Source: a virus (lineage: Duplodnaviria > Caudoviricetes). From it: DNA of 64,000 nucleotides. The DNA lies in IMG/VR virus record IMGVR_UViG_2671180868_000001, positions 2,117-66,116 of that record; one strand, 5' to 3'. The position numbers and the translations under genes were made by a program. The notes under the pieces are model-generated. The model did not search any database, had not been told where the DNA came from, and saw only the letters and a list, made by a program, of their open reading frames with translations. This document shows positions 10,011 to 18,266 of the stretch, one piece after another; position 1 is the first letter of the stretch; the number at the start of each line of letters is the position of its first letter.

Positions 10011-11615
10011 TTACTGCGTGATAGAGAAATAGCGGATCCGGCCAGCTTTTACCGCGTTGTACAGGCGGTTAACTGTTTCAGTAGTAAGCTCAATTCCTGC
10101 CGCCACTAAATCAGCATCAATTTGGGCAATCCAATTAGCTGGCTTGTCTGTTAGTGGCGTATTTACCGACCCGCCCAGTTGCTTAGGAAAGTTAACCGAT
10201 CCCGCAGGGTGTAACGACTGATGTACTGTTGCATCCGTACTTGCGGCGACTGTTTCTGTAGTGGCCACTGGCGCTGCCTGTTGTTGTTTTTTCAATTCAT
10301 CAAGCCGCAATGCTTCCTGCTGTCTGTGCTGTTCCTCAATCTGTTTTTGCCTGGTAATGCGTTGATCAATCATCAGCGCCAGATGTTCGTGCTCAAGGGC
10401 AATTATCTGGTTGATGTCAGCGAACAGATTTTTATAAGCCGGTTCAATATCAGCAAATAGCACTAAGTTGGACTGATATTTCTCACCTAATTGGTTAGCA
10501 GCTATCTTGGCGCGGGCCAGTTCATCGTTGGCTGCACTCTGCAAAGAGGTGAGGGTTTTCTTGCCTTTGATAGCAGTGGCAAAATCAGCCGGGATAGTAG
10601 GTAGAGTGACAATAGCCAACTGTTTATTGATACCGGCAATGTGCTCAGCAAGAGCGGCTTTTACCTTATTCAGTATTTCAAGGCGAATAGCTTCTTTGCG
10701 CAACTTAACGAGTTTTGACAGGTCTAGCCGTTTGTTTCGCATTTCATCGCGCAAGGTATCAATGGTGCGGAAAAGTAGATCAATCTGCTCAGTCTTAGAC
10801 AGTGCCTGCTGTTTAATCAGATCCAGCTCTTTCTCTGCTTTTTCACAAAACTTAACGGTTTCTTCTGCGTCAGCGAAGTCCTGATCGGTCACCAGATTAG
10901 TGTTGATAGATTGAATAAAGGCCAACGCTTGATTCTGGTAAACAGTCAGGTTTGATTCTTTTACCGCGCCCTCTATCTCCACCAATAGGGCAGGGAGGCG
11001 CATTAAGGCTTTACCTTGCGGTATGTCTTTTATCTCAGGGGCTGTGTAACCGTTCAAATCCTGTTCAAATTGCTGCCAACCCGCCATCAAAGCTTCACGG
11101 CGACCAGGTACCGGTAAATACTCCATCCACACAAAGTTATCCTCAGTGCCATCTGATACCACAAAAATGACCTTTTCGGACTCACTCACTAAAAGTTGCT
11201 GTTCTAACTGCCAGTAATACTCTGGCGGCAAGTCTTTATTTTTCACCGCCAGCGCCAGTGTGGCATTCCACATTTTGTGTTCAAACAACACATCTTCCAT
11301 CATGGTCATGCCATCAAAGGAAGCCAACAAATAGCCATCATCATCGATGGCGGTTGCTGGGAATAATTCGGTACCGATCATGGATTCTACGATGACCCGC
11401 GCTGTGGCTTCTTGCGCGTGGCCTTTATCGAACAAGTTGGTTTGTACCCAATCGCTGATTTCCCGTTCCGAGCCGGTGGCCTTCATATTCAGCAATTCAT
11501 CGCGGCGCATTTTACTGGAGGCTGCCATCATTACCGGGGCTTCGCTGGCAGTGAAATGGCGACTGCGCAAGGCGTGCCATTCCGGCGTACCTTGCTGGAC
11601 ATTAATGATTTGCAT
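10011..11615 (-). CDS. YqaJ / lambda-exonuclease family nuclease with long helical tail
   Basis: QGTPEWHALR..FTASE, LLASFDG, FEHK, YYWQLEQQL. Confidence 0.9.
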   Translation of the reverse strand: MQIINVQQGTPEWHALRSRHFTASEAPVMMAASSKMRRDELLNMKATGSEREISDWVQTNLFDKGHAQEATARVIVESMIGTELFPATAIDDDGYLLASFDGMTMMEDVLFEHKMWNATLALAVKNKDLPPEYYWQLEQQLLVSESEKVIFVVSDGTEDNFVWMEYLPVPGRREALMAGWQQFEQDLNGYTAPEIKDIPQGKALMRLPALLVEIEGAVKESNLTVYQNQALAFIQSINTNLVTDQDFADAEETVKFCEKAEKELDLIKQQALSKTEQIDLLFRTIDTLRDEMRNKRLDLSKLVKLRKEAIRLEILNKVKAALAEHIAGINKQLAIVTLPTIPADFATAIKGKKTLTSLQSAANDELARAKIAANQLGEKYQSNLVLFADIEPAYKNLFADINQIIALEHEHLALMIDQRITRQKQIEEQHRQQEALRLDELKKQQQAAPVATTETVAASTDATVHQSLHPAGSVNFPKQLGGSVNTPLTDKPANWIAQIDADLVAAGIELTTETVNRLYNAVKAGRIRYFSITQ

Positions 11616-12447
11616 CTTCTGCCTCCAGATGTTCGATAGTTTTGATTTGTGCCGAGGTGAGGGTGTATTTACTTTCGATGGTGTTAATGATTTGCGCGGC
11701 GGTTTTCTTGCCCTTGTTGATCAGCGTTGTCCAGTCAGCAAGCGCGCGTTGAAATTGTTCCGCGCTGTATTCTGGTAGTGCCTGCGGCTGGCTTGGTTGC
11801 TGGCTGCCTTGGCTGTGTTCTTTACCTTCATTCACATCAAGACTTTTACCTTCCATTTCCTCTGCTGTTGGCTGCTGACCAATTTCCGGCCAACCTTTAC
11901 GCAGTGCCTGCGCTTCGGCGCACTTGGCTAATTGCCCATAAGGCCGCTTTTTCCACATGGCATTGGGTGCTTGGGTATCGCGGCCAGCGGTCGCATAGTT
12001 CTCCAGCCAATATTCCTTCGCACTGAACTCCACGATAGTGCCGTTAGGCATGAGTTTGCTCAGGGTGTATTTGCACCACTGAGGGAAAGTAATTTCTACT
12101 CCGTTAAAAACTTGTGTGAGGTCAGGGCCAAATTCGGGTTCCTGTGCACCTGCATAGTTACCAGAGCGGTCTGCCTGTATGCGATAGAGCCCAACACCTG
12201 GCATCACCACATCACGCATTTCATATTTACCACTTACCGCATCTTTCACGCTCATAGGAACTAAATGAACGGGTTTCATCAGCGGATCTAACTGGCGGGC
12301 GCGGCAATAACTCACCGCCATGATGACTGAATCATCTTTAGCGCCAGGGTAAATACTGTTTTTCAGCGCGTTCCACGTTGGTTCGTCAATATTCAACCCA
12401 ACCACGGCGGGCGGGAGATTACTGGTTGTTACTGCTTGGGTGGTCAT
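11602..12447 (-). CDS. bet: Bet/RecT single-strand annealing protein
   Basis: YCRARQLDP, YRIQADRSG, MWKKRPYGQLAKCAEAQALRK. Confidence 0.92.
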   Translation of the reverse strand: MTTQAVTTSNLPPAVVGLNIDEPTWNALKNSIYPGAKDDSVIMAVSYCRARQLDPLMKPVHLVPMSVKDAVSGKYEMRDVVMPGVGLYRIQADRSGNYAGAQEPEFGPDLTQVFNGVEITFPQWCKYTLSKLMPNGTIVEFSAKEYWLENYATAGRDTQAPNAMWKKRPYGQLAKCAEAQALRKGWPEIGQQPTAEEMEGKSLDVNEGKEHSQGSQQPSQPQALPEYSAEQFQRALADWTTLINKGKKTAAQIINTIESKYTLTSAQIKTIEHLEAEDANH

Positions 12448-12457
12448 TGGTCAGCCC

Positions 12458-12607
12458 TCAGATTTTGACAGCGATAGCCAGAAACATGAACGCGCCTAAA
12501 ACACAGGCGAAGAAGAATTTCAGGCCAGATTGGCGGGGATACAGGTTGAAGTCGTCGCCGGTAACGCGGTGGCGGTATTGGAGTTTCTTGATGAATTCAA
12601 TAGTCAT
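12458..12607 (-). CDS. 49-aa small membrane protein (not in ORF track)
   Basis: MTIEFIKKLQYRHRVTGDDFNLYPRQSGLKFFFACVLGAFMFLAIAVKI; stop lies within the bet RBS motif. Confidence 0.65.
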   Translation of the reverse strand: MTIEFIKKLQYRHRVTGDDFNLYPRQSGLKFFFACVLGAFMFLAIAVKI

Positions 12608-12615
12608 GGTATGCT
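12588..12615 (+). promoter_or_regulatory. Sigma70 promoter with extended -10, convergent with pL
   Basis: TTGATG-16 nt-TATGCT with TG in the extended -10 position. Confidence 0.65.
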
Positions 12616-12620
12616 TTCCC

Positions 12621-12750
12621 ATGGTTGGGTTTGGTCACTCAACCACGCTGATAATAATCCTCGTGGTTATTGTTCAGTCCTCAGTAGGTTTGCGGTTGGT
12701 CCCGCACTCCTGGGATAGCCCCGGCTTAATCGCTGGGGCTTTTCTCTTTT
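12621..12750 (+). ncRNA. Candidate multi-target antisense sRNA against the early-gene RBS motif
   Basis: Promoter, two hairpins with TTGGTC loops, antisense GTGGTTATTGTTCAGTCCTCAG and an intrinsic terminator; G:U pairs favour the + strand. Confidence 0.65.
12717..12750 (+). terminator. Intrinsic terminator of the candidate sRNA
   Basis: AGCCCCGGC-TTAATC-GCTGGGGCT followed by TTTCTCTTTT. Confidence 0.75.
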
Positions 12751-12775
12751 AGGATATGGATAAGTAAGAAAAGGT

Positions 12776-13426
12776 ATGAAAAGACAACTTGTAGTTTTAT
12801 TAGCATCAATTCTTAGTATCCCATCAGCATTTGCTGTAGATATTCCAGCCATGGAAAAGGTAATGCGTGAAGGCATGCAGAACCCGAAAACAGTGGAATA
12901 TCGGTCAATCACTGAAGTAACCAACGCTACCGGCGAAACGTTTGTTTGTGGTGAGGTCCGTATTACAGGGGAAAATAGTCAAGAGGCTGATTTCATTCCC
13001 TTTGCTTATACTCAACACAAAACTATCTACGTGAGTTCAGATCTTTCTAAGAATGAGAAAAGTGAGTATCGTCTGACTGGATGTGAAAGCAAAGAATCAG
13101 AGGCATCTTGGTATAAGACTCTAACGATATTAGATACAAACTGCCTTGCCGGTTTTCAAACACTAAAAGCTTATTTCAGTGAAGGAAAATCAGACGAGCT
13201 TGCTATCGCCGCAGGCGTTAGCGTTTGGGATGATTTCAATAAAAAAATAGGAAAATCTGCTGATGCTGAATTTAATAAATCGGCTTATTACTATTTAAGA
13301 TCGATATTGAATCAGGCTAAGGCTAACCCAGAAATGGGGGCTGAGATTAAAGCAGATCCAATAGCAACAAAGAATGAATTCCTTGCTAATTGCAGAGCAA
13401 TTTTTATTGAAAAGGCTATCAAATAA
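12776..13426 (+). CDS. Exported protein (moron) of unknown function
   Basis: Signal peptide ending AFA; opposite strand to the pL operon; AT-rich. Confidence 0.75.
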   Translation: MKRQLVVLLASILSIPSAFAVDIPAMEKVMREGMQNPKTVEYRSITEVTNATGETFVCGEVRITGENSQEADFIPFAYTQHKTIYVSSDLSKNEKSEYRLTGCESKESEASWYKTLTILDTNCLAGFQTLKAYFSEGKSDELAIAAGVSVWDDFNKKIGKSADAEFNKSAYYYLRSILNQAKANPEMGAEIKADPIATKNEFLANCRAIFIEKAIK

Positions 13427-13444
13427 TTATCGCGATTATTATTC

Positions 13445-13771
13445 CTAGTCTATGAAGGTGCTTTGTGTTGCATCTAACTCCATGGCTCTTTCTGCTTTGG
13501 CAACACGGAGAAATATTTCCTCCTGCACCTCATCCAGATAGAGTTCCATAGCGGTTGTTTCGGTAAGTGCTGCAAGGTAATGGGTACTTGCACCCGCAAT
13601 AAAGCAGCCATTTTTGACAGCGGTTTTAAAAGCGCCGAGCATTTTTGAATGACGGCGTAAAAACTCAATCCTCTTGCCTAATTCCTCTTGCTCATCAGGA
13701 TCCGAAATTAATAGGCGGTCATACTGTTCCAGCGATTGCTCAACCATTCGCTGATAGTTGTATTCATTCAC
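13445..13771 (-). CDS. Possible Gam-like host-nuclease inhibitor (GTG start)
   Basis: GAGGT SD; MNEYNYQ...EQEELG...GAS...EVQEEI resembles lambda Gam by eye; upstream of bet/exo. Confidence 0.5.
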   Translation of the reverse strand: MNEYNYQRMVEQSLEQYDRLLISDPDEQEELGKRIEFLRRHSKMLGAFKTAVKNGCFIAGASTHYLAALTETTAMELYLDEVQEEIFLRVAKAERAMELDATQSTFID

Positions 13772-13834
13772 GATGCACCTCACGGTAAGGAGTGTTGCCG
13801 AAGCCCCTGCGAACAGAGGCAGCGGTAAAGCCAC

Positions 13835-14104
13835 TTATTCGCCGTCTTTCTTTTCGTTAATGCGTTGGAATGGGTAGCGATCTGTATCTGGCTTGATATT
13901 GCGGTAGAAGTGAGAGCCAATTGATTCAGCGCCGGAGAATGCCGCGTAATCATCAGCGGACACGTTTTTGTAGTGATACAGGGCCGCCGGTTCACCTTTC
14001 GACTTAAAACGAATCGCCAGAATGTTGTTAACTGGGTCATGGCCGATGCTGTGGATCTGGGAAGATTCAATCTGCTTCATACTAATTGCTGGTAAATTGC
14101 TCAT
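13835..14104 (-). CDS. KTSC domain protein
   Basis: ESSQIHSIGHD...LYHYKNVS...AESIGSHFYRNIK. Confidence 0.85.
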   Translation of the reverse strand: MSNLPAISMKQIESSQIHSIGHDPVNNILAIRFKSKGEPAALYHYKNVSADDYAAFSGAESIGSHFYRNIKPDTDRYPFQRINEKKDGE

Positions 14105-14122
14105 ATTGGTTCCTTTTAGGTG

Positions 14123-14154
14123 AAAAAAAAGAGCCACAGCCTAAGCTGTAGCTC
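14123..14154 (-). terminator. tL1-like terminator after N
   Basis: GAGCTACAGC-TTAG-GCTGTGGCTC then T8 on the minus strand. Confidence 0.8.
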
Positions 14155-14188
14155 CGATGGTTTATTTTGCTTTCCTGCTAATTAATGC

Positions 14189-14434
14189 TTAACGCACGCC
14201 GCGAGGTAACTTACTGCAACCACGCATCTTTTGGCGGGCAACTGCTGCAATCCGTTTCTCTGGATCTGCTGAAGTTCTGGGCTTGCTGGGTACTGCTGGC
14301 ATATCTGGCATCGGTTTACACCGCACCAAAACTAATACTGCTTTTTCAACTCGGTTACTTTCACGCTTTGCCAGTGCCTGGATATGGGCATTGCGTTTTT
14401 TTGCCATACGCTTTTGACGAGATGTTGTGGCCAT
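14189..14434 (-). CDS. N: N-like early antiterminator
   Basis: Basic N-terminal motif; RVEKAV and RQKMRGCS match lambda N RVESAL and RQKIKGKS. Confidence 0.75.
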   Translation of the reverse strand: MATTSRQKRMAKKRNAHIQALAKRESNRVEKAVLVLVRCKPMPDMPAVPSKPRTSADPEKRIAAVARQKMRGCSKLPRGVR

Positions 14435-14525
14435 TGGTCAGTCCTCAGTTGGTTTTTGCCGGGATATTTATCCACGCCCGGCGCGTGCTATCCTTGCTGT
14501 CACCACAACAAGTAAGGATATCTGT

Positions 14526-14804
14526 ATGAAAGAAAGATTTGAATCTACTTGCCCGCTATGTGATAGCGCTGGAAGCTATGTGTTCACCGATTCTTCTAAC
14601 TACAAAGCTTATAAATGTGTCGAGTGCGGGATATTTGAAATCAGTACGCATGCAGAAAAACTAGTAAGAAATATGCCACTAGAGAGAAGAGCATTTTATG
14701 CATCGCTGGCAAACACTACTCCAGAAGAACCATTATTGGAGATTGCTTTTGAGGTTCTTCCGACAGGGAGCCGAGTTACTCATCGTTATATCAGCACCCG
14801 TTAG
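14526..14804 (+). CDS. Small Zn-ribbon protein
   Basis: AAGGA SD; CPLC and CVEC pairs. Confidence 0.6.
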   Translation: MKERFESTCPLCDSAGSYVFTDSSNYKAYKCVECGIFEISTHAEKLVRNMPLERRAFYASLANTTPEEPLLEIAFEVLPTGSRVTHRYISTR

Positions 14805-14948
14805 TTTTTTACTTTCTTCAATAGTACGAATTGACAGCATAAGACCGTCTTTATTCAGCCAATTATTGAGTTGCTGGAAAACAAAACTCGGATATTTTTC
14901 CAGTAGCTCCTTTATTTGTAGTTGTATATCGAGGCTAGGTTTATTCAT
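14733..14948 (-). CDS. Small hypothetical protein in the pL operon
   Basis: AAGGTG SD; 3' end overlaps the convergent ORF. Confidence 0.45.
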   Translation of the reverse strand: MNKPSLDIQLQIKELLEKYPSFVFQQLNNWLNKDGLMLSIRTIEESKKLTGADITMSNSAPCRKNLKSNLQ

Positions 14949-15275
14949 CTAAACACCTTTATCAGTGGTCTTATACCTACCGCCGCATACAAACAGCGAC
15001 AGGGTAAATCCACTCGTCATTTTAAGCTGCTTGTGCGTTAACCGGGCGCGAACCGGTTACTCAGTGATGCTTCACGCCTCCTTTCCCTCACTACGCCGCT
15101 GTGGGAACCCGACCTGTAACTCCGTCGTCGCGTGCCTGAATCTAATCAGGCAGTGGGGGGCGGCCTATCCGCGTTTTTACTTCATGATTTTTCCTCCATT
15201 GTGGGTACTGCGTGGTTTAGCTGAGCTGAACCGTGACCGGTACACGCGGACCGTTTTGATGTCACTTAACCGATT

Positions 15276-15287
15276 TGTTAAAGAGCA
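15276..15287 (-). promoter_or_regulatory. nutL boxA
   Basis: Consensus TGCTCTTTAACA just downstream of pL. Confidence 0.85.
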
Positions 15288-15306
15288 TATCCTTGCGGGA
15301 TGCCTA

Positions 15307-15337
15307 AAAGGTATAACTATACCGGTACTTTTGCAAC
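15307..15337 (-). promoter_or_regulatory. pL promoter with operator
   Basis: TTGCAA-17-TACCTT overlapped by the palindrome GGTATAACTATACC (15310-15323). Confidence 0.7.
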
Positions 15338-15387
15338 CAAAAGATCGATAAGTTTCGGTAATTAATGTATTGGATTGAATTTGAAAC

Positions 15388-15411
15388 AAAAAAAACCGGC
15401 ATTTGCCGGTT
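15388..15411 (-). terminator. Immunity-operon terminator
   Basis: AACCGGCAAATGCCGG followed by a T run on the minus strand. Confidence 0.75.
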
Positions 15412-15432
15412 GGGTGGTTTGAACTCTGGGGG

Positions 15433-15798
15433 TTACGGCTGAAGCTGAAGATATAGAAGTACGAGGTTAGCCGCTCTTATAAAAGCGGATATACCGCAGA
15501 AATAAGCGAATACAGACACACACTTAGTCAAGATCCTGAAGGCTTTGTTATTAAGGATTTTAGATGAGCGCCATAGACCTTGACCGACATTCAATATATA
15601 AATTGCATAAAGCACTATCGCCAGAACAATGACCCAGAAATTCCAGTCAGCAAACACTGCAAAGAAAGTAACCGCAGAGATAAAAATAATAGCGAGGAGG
15701 AAGTGGAGATAAGTCTTAGCAACACCAAGTTGCCCACTACCTAATTTTGCCAACCAGCTTAATTTATCCTCTTTCGAAATAGGATGATTAACAATCAT
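15433..15798 (-). CDS. Membrane protein co-transcribed with cI (rex position)
   Basis: About 3 hydrophobic segments; 9 nt downstream of cI. Confidence 0.75.
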   Translation of the reverse strand: MIVNHPISKEDKLSWLAKLGSGQLGVAKTYLHFLLAIIFISAVTFFAVFADWNFWVIVLAIVLYAIYILNVGQGLWRSSKILNNKAFRILTKCVSVFAYFCGISAFIRAANLVLLYLQLQP

Positions 15799-15807
15799 TT
15801 CATATCC

Positions 15808-16479
15808 TTATACTGGTTTTACGTGGCACACCACTGTGCCGATAATCTCACAATTACCGTTTACTTTTAAAAATCTAGCATCAGACGGATAGTCTGGATT
15901 CAATGCTTTAAGATAGCGTTGGTTATCAAGGATTTGTAGCTGTTTAAATGTGGCTTCAGCACTGCCTTCCATACGAGCAATAACATATTTTCCGCTCGGT
16001 GGATCGATTAATTCTGGGTCAACATAAATAATGTCGTCCGGCTCAAATCGAGGCAGCATCGATTCGCCTTCTATGCGTAAAGCGAAACTTTCGGGGCTAC
16101 ATACAACGGGGCAGGGATAATAAACATACTCATCCCGTGGCAGCAGAGTTACTTCAGTAAATGCTCCAGCTTGTACCCAGCTAATCAATGGAACCTCTCT
16201 GGTGAGTATGTCAATCGGCGAGGCGTTATCGATTTTCATAGCGGCCTGATTACTAGCCTCTTTTTCTCCTTTTCCTGAAACCAACCAGTTTGGATTTAAC
16301 TGTAAGGCTTTAGCTAACGCAAACAGATTATCCGCCCGGGGTTTCTGTGTCATCCCAAGCTCAATTTTGCTTATTGCCATACGAGTGATTCCAGCCTTTG
16401 CCGCAAGATCTTCCTGCGTCATGCCTAGTTCCTCGCGCCTTGCCAAAAGGCGTTCACCGAAAGTGCTATATGTATTCAT
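15808..16479 (-). CDS. cI: CI repressor (HTH plus S24 peptidase)
   Basis: N-terminal HTH, VQAG cleavage site, GESM catalytic Ser, TFK Lys. Confidence 0.96.
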   Translation of the reverse strand: MNTYSTFGERLLARREELGMTQEDLAAKAGITRMAISKIELGMTQKPRADNLFALAKALQLNPNWLVSGKGEKEASNQAAMKIDNASPIDILTREVPLISWVQAGAFTEVTLLPRDEYVYYPCPVVCSPESFALRIEGESMLPRFEPDDIIYVDPELIDPPSGKYVIARMEGSAEATFKQLQILDNQRYLKALNPDYPSDARFLKVNGNCEIIGTVVCHVKPV

Positions 16480-16480
16480 A

Positions 16481-16563
16481 GGTATAAAAGTAACTCAACT
16501 TTAGTAAACTTTGCGCTCGGTAAAGTTTCGGTATATATTCACCTTTATGGGTATAATTCTACC
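16481..16563. promoter_or_regulatory. oR / pR / pRM region
   Basis: 14-bp sites GGTATATATTCACC (16530) and GGTATAATTCTACC (16550) resemble oL; TATAAT at 16552. Confidence 0.7.
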
Positions 16564-16589
16564 CTTGAATTTAGAGGTGAGAATCTGCG

Positions 16590-16856
16590 ATGAATTGCAC
16601 TAAGACCAATTCGCTAAATGAACGCATTAAAGCTGCTGAACAGGTAATTAACCATTTCAGTAGCCCTTATCAGGCGGCGAAAGCCCTTGAGTGCTCATAT
16701 GAAGCAATTAAAACCTATCGTAAACGTGGGCTACCTGAAAAGGTTGCTTTGCTTTGTCATATGTCTACGGACATCCCATACACCTATAACCCGGCCGACT
16801 ATGGCCGTAATCCGGAAAATCTCAGCCTGGTTCTGACCAAACCAGCTCATCAGTAA
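16590..16856 (+). CDS. cro: Cro-like repressor
   Basis: Divergent from cI; HTH YQAAKALECSYEAIKTYRKRGLP. Confidence 0.8.
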   Translation: MNCTKTNSLNERIKAAEQVINHFSSPYQAAKALECSYEAIKTYRKRGLPEKVALLCHMSTDIPYTYNPADYGRNPENLSLVLTKPAHQ

Positions 16857-16873
16857 AGATAGAGGACTGACCA

Positions 16874-17236
16874 ATGACCACAATTTATCAACCTGCCGCT
16901 ATAACGGCAGGGGCTAGGATAGCCTCTGACGTTCGGCGGGAATTGCTATCCCGTAAAAAAGTGGGAAAGAACGGTTTACCGATCCATACCGTGCGTGAAG
17001 ATCAGATTAAGACTCGTTGGACCGAAAGTGAGGCAGTGGCCATAAAAAGCACCGCCAACGCGCTGGAATCAAACCCCGCAGTAGAAACCAATGTGGCCGC
17101 CATTCGTGGTTTTTTGGCGATGTTTGCCGAGGCTCCCGAAATGCTGGCTCACGTTCATGCCGAATTAAAACTAGCCGGGCTGCCGGTACCCGAATGGTTG
17201 CCTGAGCTTCCCATCAACCAGGAGAAATCCCAATGA
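16874..17236 (+). CDS. Regulator in the cII position
   Basis: Position between cro and O; starts in the shared RBS motif. Confidence 0.55.
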   Translation: MTTIYQPAAITAGARIASDVRRELLSRKKVGKNGLPIHTVREDQIKTRWTESEAVAIKSTANALESNPAVETNVAAIRGFLAMFAEAPEMLAHVHAELKLAGLPVPEWLPELPINQEKSQ

Positions 17237-17412
17237 CTAACATCACGCCAACCACCACACAATCGGTAGAACTGATTGCCGATATTGTGGCTAAAAAACT
17301 GGCTATTGACGGGCAGGAGGCCCGCCGTATGGCGATCACAGGGGCTTTGTCTAGGGTGACTCAGGCGTTTTATTCCCGTCAACATAGTCCCTCAGATGCA
17401 AAGCAGCCGTAG
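17233..17412 (+). CDS. 59-aa hypothetical protein (not in ORF track)
   Basis: AGGAG SD, ATGA overlap; MTNITPTTTQSVELIADIVAKKL... Confidence 0.6.
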   Translation: MTNITPTTTQSVELIADIVAKKLAIDGQEARRMAITGALSRVTQAFYSRQHSPSDAKQP

Positions 17413-17420
17413 GGGGAACT

Positions 17421-18266
17421 ATGACGGCATCTGAACTCATATACCAATTTGGCCGGCCAATTGCCTACTACCCTGGCTTGGTTCCATATCTTGGGAGCGT
17501 AAACGCAGTCATTTTGTTCTGCCAGTTCTTCTATTGGACGGGCAAAGAAACTTCAGAGTTTGGCATTTTTAAAACTACGGAAGAGATTGAATATGAAACA
17601 GGATTGACCTACGAGGAACAACTGACAGCCCGTAAAAAACTCAAGCAAGCGGGGGTTTTGAAAGAAACAAATAAGCGGTTAGAACACCGTATTTACTATC
17701 AGATTGATACCGACCGGTTGGATGGAATGCTATCGCAACCTATTGATAAATCCCCAAATGGGGAAAGCCCATTTCGGGAAACGGGAAAACACCAATTGGC
17801 GAACGAGGAAAAGCCCAAGCCGCCAGCAAGGGATTCCCTAACTGGCGGGCAAGGGATTCCCCATTTCGATCATACAGAGATTACTACAGAGACTACTTCA
17901 GAGAAGCGCACACGTAAGGCGGTTAAAAATTCGGTATTTGATTTTTCGTCTTTCCCGATGGCTGTTAGCCCTGAAATTTGGGATGACTACCTAAAACACC
18001 GAAAAGCAAAACGAGCGCCAATGACGCAGACGGTGGTGAACATGTTGGGTAAGGAATTGAGTAAAGCGGCTGCTGTTGGATGGTCTGTGGATGATGCGTT
18101 GTCTGAAGCCATGGCCGCCGGTTGGCAGGGGTTGAAATTTGAATGGTTGCAGAATCGTAGTCGGCTACAGAATCAGCACACCCCTAACACCGGTATGAGC
18201 CGTCAGGAAGCACTGGAGGCGCACAATGCACGGGTTGCGGATGATTTTGTCAATGGTGGGCGGTGA
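17421..18266 (+). CDS. Replication initiator (O-like)
   Basis: GRPIAYYP wHTH N-terminus; C-terminal WDDYLKHRKAK...GWQG. Confidence 0.85.
   Translation: MTASELIYQFGRPIAYYPGLVPYLGSVNAVILFCQFFYWTGKETSEFGIFKTTEEIEYETGLTYEEQLTARKKLKQAGVLKETNKRLEHRIYYQIDTDRLDGMLSQPIDKSPNGESPFRETGKHQLANEEKPKPPARDSLTGGQGIPHFDHTEITTETTSEKRTRKAVKNSVFDFSSFPMAVSPEIWDDYLKHRKAKRAPMTQTVVNMLGKELSKAAAVGWSVDDALSEAMAAGWQGLKFEWLQNRSRLQNQHTPNTGMSRQEALEAHNARVADDFVNGGR

Noticed and set aside
12668-12684. Ninth RBS motif copy on the minus strand as a gene start
   Set aside because: Has ATA instead of ATG and only 11 codons follow; better explained as the antisense segment of the + strand RNA
12691-12706. GACCAA-loop hairpin as an N boxB on the pL transcript
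   Set aside because: No adjacent boxA, far from pL, and G:U polarity plus the terminator favour the + strand; not fully excluded
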